Shown here piece by piece: positions 1 through 11,000 of a DNA stretch of 32,000 nucleotides. The translations under genes and the position numbers were made by a program. The notes beneath the pieces were generated by a model. It had not been told where the DNA came from and made no database searches. It worked only from the letters and a program-made list of their open reading frames with translations. The number at the start of each line of letters is the position of its first letter. Positions within the stretch are counted from its first letter, which is position 1. Where the stretch lies: contig NZ_JBHUOZ010000001.1 in assembly GCF_042686025.1 (NCBI RefSeq), positions 1,778,424 to 1,810,423 of the forward strand. The letters run 5' to 3'. Origin of the DNA: Terrimonas rubra. GTDB lineage: Bacteria > Bacteroidota > Bacteroidia > Chitinophagales > Chitinophagaceae.

Positions 1-182
1 ATGATGGAAACAATAATACTGGGAATAAGAAAAGCCCAGAGACCGGTAATGATCTGCCAGGCCCATTTTTTATTAACAATATCCTCTACTTTAACTGCGG
101 TAAAGAACAGGACCAGTGATAATACTATTTTAATAACGAAATAATAAGGGAAAAACTTTTTATCATTTTGTGTCGACGTCAT
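1..182 (-). CDS. 5' part of a small hydrophobic (membrane) protein, truncated by the window edge
   Basis: A reverse-strand ATG (plus-strand cat at 180-182) opens a frame that runs off the left edge: MTSTQNDKKFFPYYFVIKIVLSLVLFFTAVKVEDIVNKKWAWQIITGLWAFLIPSIIVSI. It has two hydrophobic stretches. No family recognised. Confidence 0.3.
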   Translation of the reverse strand, partial: MTSTQNDKKFFPYYFVIKIVLSLVLFFTAVKVEDIVNKKWAWQIITGLWAFLIPSIIVSI

Positions 183-288
183 ACCGGCTGCCATAATTAT
201 TTTAACTACCTGCTAATAACTATTTTCGGCACAAAAGTACTTACATTTTTTTTGGCAGCTTATGATGACGCCTTAATGCCGTTAATGG

Positions 289-780
289 TTAAGGTGCACT
301 GCTCTGTTTTTTCTCCCAGAATGTTTTTGTTTTTACAATATTGTTACTTACCATATCAATATGCCTGCGTAAGATGGCAGCTGTAACACCACGGTTCTCC
401 GCGGCCAGTCCAAACTTCAGGCTGCCGTTTTTTGTGATATAAAACTGGGCAGGCTGTACAATACCGTTTTGTTTTAACAGGTCCTTTGTCCTGGATTGAT
501 AACTGGTACTGTCACTGTTCAGTAACGCCGTTAGCCAAACAAAATTTTTGCTGGGACTTACCTAGCAAAGCAGGTATATATCCAGCCGCGATGTGGTGTT
601 TTTTATTTCAATTTGTTCTGAACCGGGAGTAGTATTGAGGTCTTTTACCGTATAACCCATATTAACGAGCATGGTTCTAAGCTGGCTGCCGGTTATGGGG
701 GCACAATCCTGTGCAGTGGCTGTACCGGAAAGTACGCATACCGCGAAAAAAGTAGTCAGGGTAATCAATAGCTTTTTCAT
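289..780 (-). pseudogene. Secreted small protein (tentatively YbjN-like fold) interrupted by an in-frame TAG at 562-564
   Basis: ORF 562-780 encodes a signal peptide (MKKLLITLTTFFAVCVLSGTATAQ) plus 48 aa and ends at TAG. The same frame continues without a start codon for a further 91 codons (VSPSKNFVWLTALLNSDSTSYQSRTKDLLKQNGIVQPAQFYITKNGSLKFGLAAENRGVTAAILRRHIDMVSNNIVKTKTFWEKKQSSAP) to TAA at 289-291. I translated this by hand. Confidence 0.55.
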
Positions 781-996
781 AAATGTTTAATTAATCAGTA
801 GCATGGTAAAAAACATTGAAAAGGCATTTGTACCCGCCACAGGGTATATTGGCGGCTATTTTCTTATACTGATACAATGCGGAAAACATTATTTTTGAAC
901 TGTTATTTGTAAGCGGTTACGATTGAATGCGATATAAAAACTTAAAATGATTTATTTTTTTGATAAGTCATTTTGTATTATCCCGACAGGTATTAA

Positions 997-2727
997 ATGC
1001 ATAAGGCTATAATGAAAAATTGGGTAAGATGTAAAAAAAGACCAAACCTGTCCGGTTTGTATTGTAGCTGGCTGGTATGGTTAGGTGTTTTCATTTCTTA
1101 TAGCCTGGCTGCTCAATCAAATATTGATAGCATACGTACCGAGTTAAATAAGCCGGGTATTACCAAAAAAGAGAAGATCAGTAATTTAAACCGGCTGGCG
1201 GCTTTTTTAAATAAAGATTCTACCAACCAGGCGCTGGTATATGCACACGAAGCCTACCTGCTTAGCCTGAACGAAAATGATAAAAAAGGCCAGGTAAACT
1301 CGCTGCTGAACCTTTCGGAAGGGTATCTCTACAATGATATTTACGATCAGGCCCTGCAGTATGGGTATTCGGCCCTGGATCTCGCGGTTTTATTAAAAGA
1401 TACTTTGCTGCTGGCCAATTGTAATACCAACCTTGGCTGGATATTTTATGATACGGAGAATGTTAACTTCTCGCTTCAGTACCACCGGGAAGCTTATGGG
1501 CTATTCAAACAAAAAGGCGCTTTAAAAAATGTGGCTTTATCTTTAAATGCCATAGGGCTTATTTTTCAAATGAAAAATGAGAATGATTCGGCTAAAGCAT
1601 ATTTTGAACAATCTTTACAACTTGCCCGCGAACAGGACCTGCGTTCGGTTATTTCGGCAGCACTCAATAATTTAGGTATTTGTGAAAATGTAGCGGGAAA
1701 TTACCATGCGGCCATTGCGTACTTTCATAACGCTTTGACCATGAAAAGCGCTACTGCCGATCTTTTATCCATTGCCGAGATCGAAAACCAGATGGCTTTC
1801 TCCTACCTGAAACTCAAAAACTATCATTGGGCTGATTCCCTGCTTAAAAGTTCACGCAGTTTAATTGACAGGTCGTCCTCTAACTCAAAAAAAGAAAAAC
1901 TGCTGGATAACCTGCATATTGCATCGCAACTGTTCGAGGTACTGGGCGATTATGCGAAAGCATTTGCCAACCTGAAAGAATATACCAATATAAGTAACCA
2001 GATCATCTCACGTAATAAAAGTGATGTATTGGCTACTTTAAAACTTAAAAAAGAGGCACAGGCAAAAGAAGACCAGATAAAAGAACTGCATGTACAAAAA
2101 GAGCTACGCAGTTTTCAAAGAAATGCCCTGGCTGCGGGAATTGTATTACTGATAATAATAGGCATTTTGCTCTATGGCCGTTTACGGCAAAAGCAAAAAA
2201 GACAAAAAGAGCTGGATGCCGTAAAGCAGCAATTAATAAAACAGGAACTGGATAGTACCCTCAGCGAAAAAGCCACTTTGAATGAAAAGCTGGAATATAA
2301 AAACGCCGATCTGAAAAGCTATGCCCTGTTTATAGCACAGCGAAATGAAATGATCAGCCAGTTTATCGGGGAATTAAAAGGGATGAATATAAGCGCCAGC
2401 CTGCCAAAAGAAACAAGCGGTGAATTGGACAAGGTTATCCGTAAATTTCAGAAAAACCTGGATGTGAACAGCGAAACCCAGGATTTTAATTTATCGGTAG
2501 ATGAAACCCTGAAAGACTTTTTCTATAACCTGCTTCAAAAATACCCGGGACTTACTGATAATGAACGCCGTCTTTGCGCACAAATCCGGCTTAATTTATC
2601 CATCAAGGAAATTGCTTCCCTCAATAATATCTCGGTAAAATCGGTAGAAATGGCCCGCTACCGCCTGCGCAAACATTTCGGATTGCAATCACAGGATAAC
2701 CTGGGTGATTTTTTAAAAACATTCTGA
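997..2727 (+). CDS. Transmembrane one-component regulator: N-terminal signal/TM, TPR repeat sensor region, TM helix, coiled coil, C-terminal LuxR/GerE-type HTH
   Basis: 576-aa ORF. It has a hydrophobic N-terminus (LYCSWLVWLGVFISYSLAAQ) and multiple TPR-like repeats (e.g. NLGWIFYDTENVNFSLQYHREAYGLF, LNAIGLIFQMKNENDSAKAYFEQSLQLA). A TM helix (ALAAGIVLLIIIGILLYG) follows, and the C-terminus carries a LuxR-type HTH (LTDNERRLCAQIRLNLSIKEIASLNNISVKSVEMARYRLRKHFG). The start could be 997 or the ATG at 1012. Confidence 0.85.
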   Translation: MHKAIMKNWVRCKKRPNLSGLYCSWLVWLGVFISYSLAAQSNIDSIRTELNKPGITKKEKISNLNRLAAFLNKDSTNQALVYAHEAYLLSLNENDKKGQVNSLLNLSEGYLYNDIYDQALQYGYSALDLAVLLKDTLLLANCNTNLGWIFYDTENVNFSLQYHREAYGLFKQKGALKNVALSLNAIGLIFQMKNENDSAKAYFEQSLQLAREQDLRSVISAALNNLGICENVAGNYHAAIAYFHNALTMKSATADLLSIAEIENQMAFSYLKLKNYHWADSLLKSSRSLIDRSSSNSKKEKLLDNLHIASQLFEVLGDYAKAFANLKEYTNISNQIISRNKSDVLATLKLKKEAQAKEDQIKELHVQKELRSFQRNALAAGIVLLIIIGILLYGRLRQKQKRQKELDAVKQQLIKQELDSTLSEKATLNEKLEYKNADLKSYALFIAQRNEMISQFIGELKGMNISASLPKETSGELDKVIRKFQKNLDVNSETQDFNLSVDETLKDFFYNLLQKYPGLTDNERRLCAQIRLNLSIKEIASLNNISVKSVEMARYRLRKHFGLQSQDNLGDFLKTF

Positions 2728-3283
2728 TCTTCCTACCGGCTTAACCGGTCCGGCACTTCTCCAATCATCTTACTGGTAATTTAAACAGCACTCCGCAGCT
2801 GGCCTGTCGGTTTTAACCGGTGCGTATGCTCTGGTTTAACAATAACAGCGCAACCATACCAATTTTCGGCTCTCTCACATACTATTTTTTACCCAACATA
2901 ACTTATTGGTTTGCCGCTTTTTTATTTGGACGGGGGAACGAGGTTCCTAATATTATATATTATAGTATATTATAATTATTTGCTTGTCATTCTTTTAAAA
3001 GCTGTGTAGAGGTGTTGTAGGGGTAAGGGTGGGGTTCGTGTATAGGCACAAAAACAGGAAAGGCTTTCCATTTAAATTAAGTTTAGAAAATTATTTTTCT
3101 AGTAGTACAGGCATACTAAAACTATAATAACTGACGATTGCCATATCATTTATAAGGATCAGAACGAATTGTAAAAGGCCATATTTATATCATTGGTAGC
3201 CTCGTCTTTTAAAACCGGTTGTAAGGTTTTGCCTGTTCCACTGTACTTCTTTTATCACAACTAACATTTTTAAACTTACTATC

Positions 3284-6200
3284 GTGAAAAAAAACTGCTG
3301 CTTCAAACACATTCCCCGGTTTGTGCAAAAAATATTGCTGTTGAGTATTTTCCTGGCTTTCGGTGTCAGCGCCTTTGCCTTTCAGCCAGCCGGCAATGTT
3401 AAAGGACTGGTAACCGATGTGTCAGGTAACCCGTTACAGGGAGTTACCATCCAGTTAAAGAATACTACAACCGTTACGGTTACCGATGAAAATGGAAAAT
3501 TCAGGCTAGAAGCTCCTGCAAAGGGAGTGCTCGTATTCTCTTTTACCGGGTATGCCGCTAAGGAAGTTGAAATAGGAAACCAGCCGGAGATAACGGTTCA
3601 ATTAACGCAACAAGCTACTAACCTTGACGAAGTAGTGGTGATCGGCTACGGAAGCCAGAAAAAAAGTAATTTAACCAGTGCCGTATCATCCGTAAAAGGC
3701 GATCAGCTGCAAAAAACAACCAGTAATAATCCGGTTAATGCCTTACAGGGAAGGGTAGCTGGTCTTTCTGTAACCAGTCCCGGTGGTAACCCCGGGCAAA
3801 TGTCCGATGTACGGCTACGTGGCATTGGCACTTTTGGCGGTCACCAGCCATTATACGTTATTGATGGTACTCCCGGTGATCCTTATTATTTGAACAATAA
3901 TGATGTGGAGTCGATTGAGGTATTAAAAGATGGCGCTGCTGCTTCCATTTATGGTTCTACCAGTGCCAATGGTGTGATCCTGATTACGACCAAACGTGGT
4001 AAAAAAGGCATACCCCTTATTGATTTCAATAGTTATTTCGGCCTTGCCAATCCCACTAAAAAGTATGATTTTTTAGATGCGGAGGGGTACAAGAGCGTTC
4101 ATAAAATGATGTACGAAAATGCGGGTGTTACTACCTTACCCGCTTATATTACCACCAATACCGGTGTTAATACCAATTGGCAGGACCTGATAACCCGCAG
4201 CGGCAATGTGCAGAACCATAATATTAACCTTCGTGGCGGCGGCGAATACCTGACCTATGCACTCAGTGGCGATTATACCAATGAAACAGGAACATTTATC
4301 GGCTCAAAATTTAATAAAAAAGGTATCCGCTCCGTAAATGAGTTTAAAAAGGGAATACTCACGGTGACCAATAACCTCATTTTTTCACAAACCCGGTCCG
4401 AAGGGTATAAGTTTAACCTGGCCGATGCTTATTTCCAGTCGGCCTTATTACCGGTTTATGATGCAAATGAAAAATACGGCTATGCTTTAACTGTAAATGG
4501 TTTGCCCAGGTTTCAGAACCCGGTGGGTGCCGATCATTTTATGGAGAATCATAACACTACCCAATACCTGGCAGATAACTTAAAGATCCGCCTGCAGTTA
4601 TTAAAAGGACTTAGTTATACCGCTAATATCAACTATATAACCGCCAATAGTTTTGCGTATGAACATACACCACCTTTCCGGGTAAATGCAAACGATCCGC
4701 TAATTTCCTATCCGTATGTATATAACAGCCGGAGCAATTATAAGGAAATGCTGGCCGAGCACCTGTTGAATTATGACTGGAAGCGTGGTAACCATAATGT
4801 GTCTTTGCTGGCCGGTTATGCTGCGCAGCAAAAAACAAATGAATATTTAAGTGTTAGCGCCGACGGAAAAACCATTGTACGTACAGTAGTAAACGGTGCT
4901 ATTGTTGAAAAAGAAGTGCCAGGTGGTTTTACCAATCCCGATTTTAACACCATCAATGCCGGACTGGGTGGTACTTTTAATGCTGCAGGCTCCAATAACA
5001 AATATGTACGGCATTCAGCTTTTGGCCGTGTAAACTATACGTATGATAATAAATACCTGCTGCAGTTATCTGTTCGGCGGGATGGTTCATCGATATTTGG
5101 TTTAAATAACCGCTATGGCGTTTTCCCTTCTGTGTCAGCGGGCTGGAACATAAGCCGCGAGTCATTTATGAGTAAGTTTACCTGGCTTGATAATTTAAAA
5201 ATAAGGGCCAGTTACGGAGAGTTAGGAAATGAAGGTGCATTGGGTTATTACGATCACCAGGCCCTTATTACTACTTCCAACAGGTGGTCGGGTGGTTATG
5301 TACAGGGTTCCGGTGCTACACCCTGGCCCGGTTCGGCCAGTTATGCACTGGAAAACAGGGACCTTAAATGGGAAACCAGTAAATCAACCAATATAGGCCT
5401 TGATTTTGCCGTATTACATAATAAACTATCCGGCTCTGTTAACTATTACAATAACAAAACCGATGGACTACTGATCATTAAAGAAGTACCTCCTTCTTCG
5501 GGAGTAGATAACCCGGTTTTAAACGTGGGTAAAATCGCCAACAAAGGTGTTGAGTTGGAGCTGAATTACGTGTACCAGTTAAAACACGGATCTGTCAATA
5601 TCGGCGGTAACCTGAGTACGGTTTCCAATAAAGTGATCAGCCTGGCCGATGCGGATCAGACCTTATACGGCACAGGCCTGAAATTCGGATCAGACCATAT
5701 TCCTACACAAACAAAAGTGGGCAAAGAGATCGGTGCCTTTTACCTGTATGAAGCCGATGGGATCTTTAAAACCGATGCCGAAGCTGCCGCTTATAAAAAT
5801 AAGGATGGTGATGCACTGCAACCCGATGCAAAAGCCGGTGACATCCGGTTCAGGGATGCCAATGGTGACGGTGTTATTGATGAAAATGATAAAACCTACC
5901 AGGGTACCGGCTTTCCTAAATTTGAATACGGGTTTAATATAGCCGCTAACTACAAGCAATTTGACCTGTCTGTTTTTTTTCAGGGTGTAGGTGGCAATAA
6001 AATATACAATGGTAACCGCTTTGAGCTGGAAGGCATGGAAGCCGGCAGAAATTACCTGGCCACTACCTTGAATGCATGGACACCACAAAACCCCAATTCA
6101 TCTATGCCAAGGGCCGTACTGGGCGATCCTAACGGCAATACCCGCGAGTCAACCCGTTTCCTGGAAAATGGTTCGTACCTGCGTTTAAAGCTGTTACAAC

Positions 6201-6409
6201 TGGGCTATACATTGCCTGCTGTATTAACGCAACGCATCAAAATGCAAAAGGTACGCATTTATGCCAGTGCGCAAAACCTGTTAACCATTACCAGGTACAA
6301 AGGACTTGATCCGGAAGTGGGAAGGTTCAGTGTATTAAATACGGGTGTTGACAGGGTATTATATCCGCAAAACAAAAGATGGATAGCAGGTATACAGATC
6401 ACTTTATAA
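3284..6409 (+). CDS. SusC/RagA-family TonB-dependent outer-membrane transporter
   Basis: 1041 aa with a GTG start and a signal peptide. It has a carboxypeptidase-regulatory-like N-domain (GLVTDVSGNPLQGVTIQLKNTTTVTVTDENGKFRLEAP) and a TonB-box/plug region (LDEVVVIGYGSQKKSNLTSAVSSV, ESIEVLKDGAAASIYGSTSANGVILITTKRG). It sits immediately upstream of a SusD-like gene. There is no STN/anti-sigma signalling extension. Confidence 0.93.
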   Translation: MKKNCCFKHIPRFVQKILLLSIFLAFGVSAFAFQPAGNVKGLVTDVSGNPLQGVTIQLKNTTTVTVTDENGKFRLEAPAKGVLVFSFTGYAAKEVEIGNQPEITVQLTQQATNLDEVVVIGYGSQKKSNLTSAVSSVKGDQLQKTTSNNPVNALQGRVAGLSVTSPGGNPGQMSDVRLRGIGTFGGHQPLYVIDGTPGDPYYLNNNDVESIEVLKDGAAASIYGSTSANGVILITTKRGKKGIPLIDFNSYFGLANPTKKYDFLDAEGYKSVHKMMYENAGVTTLPAYITTNTGVNTNWQDLITRSGNVQNHNINLRGGGEYLTYALSGDYTNETGTFIGSKFNKKGIRSVNEFKKGILTVTNNLIFSQTRSEGYKFNLADAYFQSALLPVYDANEKYGYALTVNGLPRFQNPVGADHFMENHNTTQYLADNLKIRLQLLKGLSYTANINYITANSFAYEHTPPFRVNANDPLISYPYVYNSRSNYKEMLAEHLLNYDWKRGNHNVSLLAGYAAQQKTNEYLSVSADGKTIVRTVVNGAIVEKEVPGGFTNPDFNTINAGLGGTFNAAGSNNKYVRHSAFGRVNYTYDNKYLLQLSVRRDGSSIFGLNNRYGVFPSVSAGWNISRESFMSKFTWLDNLKIRASYGELGNEGALGYYDHQALITTSNRWSGGYVQGSGATPWPGSASYALENRDLKWETSKSTNIGLDFAVLHNKLSGSVNYYNNKTDGLLIIKEVPPSSGVDNPVLNVGKIANKGVELELNYVYQLKHGSVNIGGNLSTVSNKVISLADADQTLYGTGLKFGSDHIPTQTKVGKEIGAFYLYEADGIFKTDAEAAAYKNKDGDALQPDAKAGDIRFRDANGDGVIDENDKTYQGTGFPKFEYGFNIAANYKQFDLSVFFQGVGGNKIYNGNRFELEGMEAGRNYLATTLNAWTPQNPNSSMPRAVLGDPNGNTRESTRFLENGSYLRLKLLQLGYTLPAVLTQRIKMQKVRIYASAQNLLTITRYKGLDPEVGRFSVLNTGVDRVLYPQNKRWIAGIQITL

Positions 6410-6427
6410 TCAATTAAAAATCGGGTC

Positions 6428-7954
6428 ATGAAAAAAATAATTGTTGCTTTATTTATTTTAACTGCAGGAATAGCAATGACAGGTTGCAAAAAAGACCTGT
6501 TGAATCAAAATGCTCCTGATCAGTTAACTACGGATAATTTTTATACTTCCAGGGAAAAAGCCCTGTCGGGGCTGGCTGCGGCCTATTCACAACTCGAGAG
6601 TTTTGTAGGCTGGGATAATTTTGTTGAAGCAAGGTCGGTAAGGGAATTCTACCGCGAGGATTATGTGAAGCCCGGCGATGATGCTTTCAACTATCCCTGG
6701 TGGATAGATCATTATAATTTTTCTTTTACATCGGGCAATTATGCCATTGATCTTTTATGGCGGGATAATTACCGGGGCCTGAACTTTACCAACCAGGTGT
6801 TGGGTAATGTGGCTAAAATGCCGGCCGAATTAATAGATGAAGCCAGCCGGAAAGAAATTTTAGCGGAAGCAAGATTTTTAAGGGCTTATTATCACTTTAA
6901 ATTACTGGTCAATTTTGAAAAAATAATTATCCGTGATAAAGTGCCTACTTCAGAAGCGGATCTGCCCAAAGCAGCTTCTGAAAGAAAAGAAGTGTATGAT
7001 CTTATCATTGAAGATCTGAAAGCGGCAGAACAGGGCCTTCCTTTAAAATCAAAACGTCCGGCCACAGAACTGGGCCGTGCTACCAAAGGCACCGCACAGG
7101 CCTACCTGGGTAAAGTGTACCTGTACAGGGCGGGTGAAGAGCCTGCCAATGCAGCAGCTTACTACACCGCGGCAGCAACCAGTTTGAACAATGTTATCCT
7201 TTCAGGAGAATATGATATGGAAACCAATTTTATCGGTATGTTCAATGGTACCGTTAAAAACGGAACGGAGTCCGTATTTGAACTGCAGCAGACAGCTGAT
7301 GCTTCAAATGGCGCCGTGTACCGCTCCTACCTGGCCGATTGGGTAGCGGCCTGGGAACTGGGCGGGTATGGTGAAATATACGGTACACAGCGATTACTGA
7401 CCGAAATGCAGAAGGAAGGTAAAGTGGCAACCGGTAACTTATACGATCCGCGTTTATACCAGACAATGATATTTGAAGATGCTTATTTTAATGATGCCGC
7501 CAATCCGCGTGTATATGGCTATACCTATGATGAAGTATTTGAAAACGGCTCGGGTGTACTGGCATTTAAAAAATGGATACCGGCAGATATAACCCGGCTT
7601 GGACGTTCACTGGCCATTAACATGCCCCTGATGCGTTATGCCGATGTGGTACTGATGTATGCAGAAGTATTGAACAACCAGGAAAAATTTGGTGATGCCA
7701 TGTTACAGGTAAATAGTTTAAGAACTAAAAGAACCATGCCTGCTTTATCACTGAATACCAAACAGGCAATTTTTGATCAGATCATCCACGAACGTGTTAT
7801 GGAATTTACATTGGAAGGAAGCCGGTTTTATGATCTCAGGAGGTGGGGATTATTACAGCAAAATATGCAGGCAGCCGGAAGAACTTTTGCTGCAGATAAA
7901 GCTTTTTATCCTATTCCTTTAAAAGAAACCATCAACAATCCGCTGATAAGATAA
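6428..7954 (+). CDS. SusD/RagB-family nutrient-binding outer-membrane lipoprotein
   Basis: 508 aa with a lipoprotein signal and Cys (MKKIIVALFILTAGIAMTGC). It has SusD-like helical/TPR-like motifs (AEARFLRAYYHFKLLVNF, MRYADVVLMYAEVLN, ERVMEFTLEGSRFYDLRRWG) and starts 18 nt after the susC-like gene. Confidence 0.92.
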   Translation: MKKIIVALFILTAGIAMTGCKKDLLNQNAPDQLTTDNFYTSREKALSGLAAAYSQLESFVGWDNFVEARSVREFYREDYVKPGDDAFNYPWWIDHYNFSFTSGNYAIDLLWRDNYRGLNFTNQVLGNVAKMPAELIDEASRKEILAEARFLRAYYHFKLLVNFEKIIIRDKVPTSEADLPKAASERKEVYDLIIEDLKAAEQGLPLKSKRPATELGRATKGTAQAYLGKVYLYRAGEEPANAAAYYTAAATSLNNVILSGEYDMETNFIGMFNGTVKNGTESVFELQQTADASNGAVYRSYLADWVAAWELGGYGEIYGTQRLLTEMQKEGKVATGNLYDPRLYQTMIFEDAYFNDAANPRVYGYTYDEVFENGSGVLAFKKWIPADITRLGRSLAINMPLMRYADVVLMYAEVLNNQEKFGDAMLQVNSLRTKRTMPALSLNTKQAIFDQIIHERVMEFTLEGSRFYDLRRWGLLQQNMQAAGRTFAADKAFYPIPLKETINNPLIR

Positions 7955-7969
7955 AATCTATGGTGTAAT

Positions 7970-8001
7970 AAAGTCGCCGGCTTTTAAAAGCCGGCGACTT
8001 T
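7970..8001 (+). terminator. Perfect 16+16 nt inverted repeat (aaagtcgccggctttt/aaaagccggcgacttt); hairpin between the susD-like and GH2 genes
   Basis: Read directly from the sequence. A GC-rich core (gtcgccggc/gccggcgac) is flanked by A/T runs, 16 nt after the susD stop. It may act as an attenuator or mRNA-stabilising hairpin rather than a full terminator, because co-directional genes follow. Confidence 0.6.
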
Positions 8002-8042
8002 AACATGTATGTATTCGTGTAACTATTTGAAAACAAAATGCT

Positions 8043-11000
8043 GTGATGGTTAAAAAAAGTTGCTTCGTTTTTTTATTCGTATTATTCATTGTAAATATTA
8101 TTGCTGCACAGGAAATAAATAACGACTGGGAAAATCCTGCAAGTCCTGTACATAATACCATGAAGCCGGCTGCCTGGTTTATTCCTTATCCCGGCGAAAC
8201 AGCCGCTTTGTCAAAAGGAAATAGCCCTTTTGTACAATCCCTGGATGGTATATGGAAGTTTAACCTGGTGAATACACCTGCAGAACGTCCCACTGCATTT
8301 TATAAAGACAATTATGACCTGCGCAAATGGCATGATATTAAAGTACCGGCCAGCTGGCAAACCGAGGGCTTCGACCGGTTTATCTTTACCGATGTAGAAT
8401 ACCCCATTCCTGTTAACCCGCCTTATGTGCCGGCCGATTATAACCCGGTAGGTTCCTATAAAAAAAGTTTTACTGTTCCCGCCGGCTGGAAGGATAAAGA
8501 TGTTTTTATTCATTTTGGTGCGGTCAGTTCTTTCTTCTATCTATGGATAAATGAACAGTATATTGGCTTTAGCAAGGATAGCAAAACAGAGGCAAAATTT
8601 AATATTACTCCTTATCTTAAAAAAGGGCAGAATACCGTATCGGTGCAGGTTTTCCGTTTCAGCGACGGCTCATACCTGGAAGGGCAGGATATGTGGAAGC
8701 TGAGCGGGATAGAAAGATCAGTATACCTGACGGCCCGCCCTCCCTTTTCGGTCTATGATTTTTTTGTAAAGGCTTCGCTGGATAACCAGTACAAGGATGG
8801 CATTTTTAATTTAAAAATTGCTTTCAATAAAAAGCCATCCGCACGGGAAGCACAGCAGGCTGTTCAGGTAAAAATTATTGATGAAGAAGCAAATAATAAA
8901 ATCCTTTTTCAAGCTACACCGGCTATTACAGCAAACGGGGAAGTCTCCATCAACGAGGTCTTTCCCGGCATAAAAAAGTGGAATGCCGAAACGCCGCATT
9001 TATACACACTTATTATTAACCATCTTAACAAAGACGGGAAAATAATTGAAAGTATCAGTCATAAAATTGGTTTCAGGAAAGCCGAGATATTACACGGGCT
9101 TTTTTTAGTGAACGGCGTGGCGGTAAAATTTAAAGGGGTAAACCGCCATGAATTTGATATGATCAATGGAAAAGTAATTACCAGGGAACAGATGATCCGG
9201 GATATTAAATTATTTAAGGAATATAATATCAATGCGGTAAGAAACAGCCACTATCCCAATGCTCCGGAATGGTATGCATTATGTGACCAGTACGGGATAT
9301 ATGTAGTTGATGAAGCGAATATTGAATGTGATGGTATGAGCTTCTCACCATTAAAAACCTTATCGGATAAAGCCGGTTGGAAAAATGCTTACCTGAACAG
9401 GACGGAAAGAATGTTTGAGACAAACAAAAATTTTACCAGTGTTATTACCTGGTCATTGGGCAATGAGAGCCAGATGGGCGATAATTTCATGGCTACCTAT
9501 CAATACCTGAAATCGGTTGACGATAGCCGCCCGGTAGCTTATGAGCCTGCCAGCAGAACAGATTATTCGGATGTCTTTTTCCCGATGTATAAATCTTTGA
9601 ACGTGATGCAGGAGTATGTGAAAGAATGGCGCAGCAAACCCTATATCCAGTGTGAGTATGCACACATGATGGGCAACAGTGGTGGCAATTTAAAAGAGTA
9701 CTGGGACCTCATCTACAGCAATGAACAATTACAGGGAGGATATATCTGGGATTTTTCTGATCAGACCTTTAAAATAAAAGACAAAAATGGCAGGGATATC
9801 TGGGGCTATGGCAGGGATATGGGTAAGGTGGGTGAAACCAGCGATACCAGTTTTTGCGCCGATGGATTATTTTCAGCTGACAGGAAGCCGCATCCACAGG
9901 CATTTGAATTAAAAAAAATATACCAGAACATTCATTTCAGTCCTGTTGATTTTGCCGCAAACAAAATTGATATAACCAATCGTTTTGATTTTACCAATCT
10001 CAGTCAGTATAATTTTGAATGGTATATAAAAGGGAATGGTGTAATGATGGCACAGGGAAAACTTGGCAGATTGGATATAGCGCCGCATACAACAAAAACA
10101 ATACAATTAAATACACCGGTATTGGATGTACAGCCGGGTGTGGAATATTTTTTAACCATCAACGCTAAAACCAAACAGGAGTTGCCTTTATTGCCAGCAG
10201 ACTTTTTAGTGGCTTTTGAACAGTTTAAGTTACCTGTATACATAGAAAAACAAAGTGAAGCAATAAGTGATTTGCCTTCACTTGAACTTTTACAAACAAA
10301 TAACGAGGTAAAAATTTTTACATCATCATTTACTGTTTTGTTTGATAAAAAAAACGGCTGGTTATCCGGTTACGACTTACAGGGTATGGCGATTTTAAAA
10401 GATGCTTTAGCGCCTCATTTCTGGCGCACAGCTACCGATAATGATATTGGTAACAGCCAGCAGATACGTTGTGCCGTTTGGCAGGATCCGCTGAAAACAG
10501 CTGTATTGGATTCCATTACCGTGAAACAATTGGATAAGCAACATATTGAAGTAAGCACTTTTCATTACCTGCCGGATGTAAAAGCAAATTACCTGGCTAA
10601 ATACAGGGTAGCGGCCAATGGATATGTACAGGTAAATATTGAAATGCTGGCTTCGGCAGGGGACTTCCCGGAAATGCCCAGGTTTGGGATGAGGGTTGTT
10701 TTGCATAAAGCGTTTGATAACGTAAAATGGTTTGGTCGTGGACCGTTTGATAATTACGAGGACCGTAAATCGGCGGCAACTATTGATATGTACCAGATGC
10801 CGGCCGACTCGCTGTTCCATCCCTATGCCCGGGCACAGGAAAGCGGGTACAGGACCGATGTACGGTGGATAAGCCTGACCAATAAACAAGGACTTGGCCT
10901 GATGGCTGAAGGTGATCCTGTTATCAGTACCGGTGTTTTACACTTTGATATGCATAAGCTGGAGTTTAATAAAGATGCACCGGAGAACAATCATGGAGGC

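Noticed and set aside
168-386. 72-aa plus-strand ORF (MCRRHTGCHNYF...)
   Set aside because: It overlaps the downstream half of the interrupted minus-strand gene, which has far more protein-like sequence. It is Cys/aromatic-rich with no motifs.
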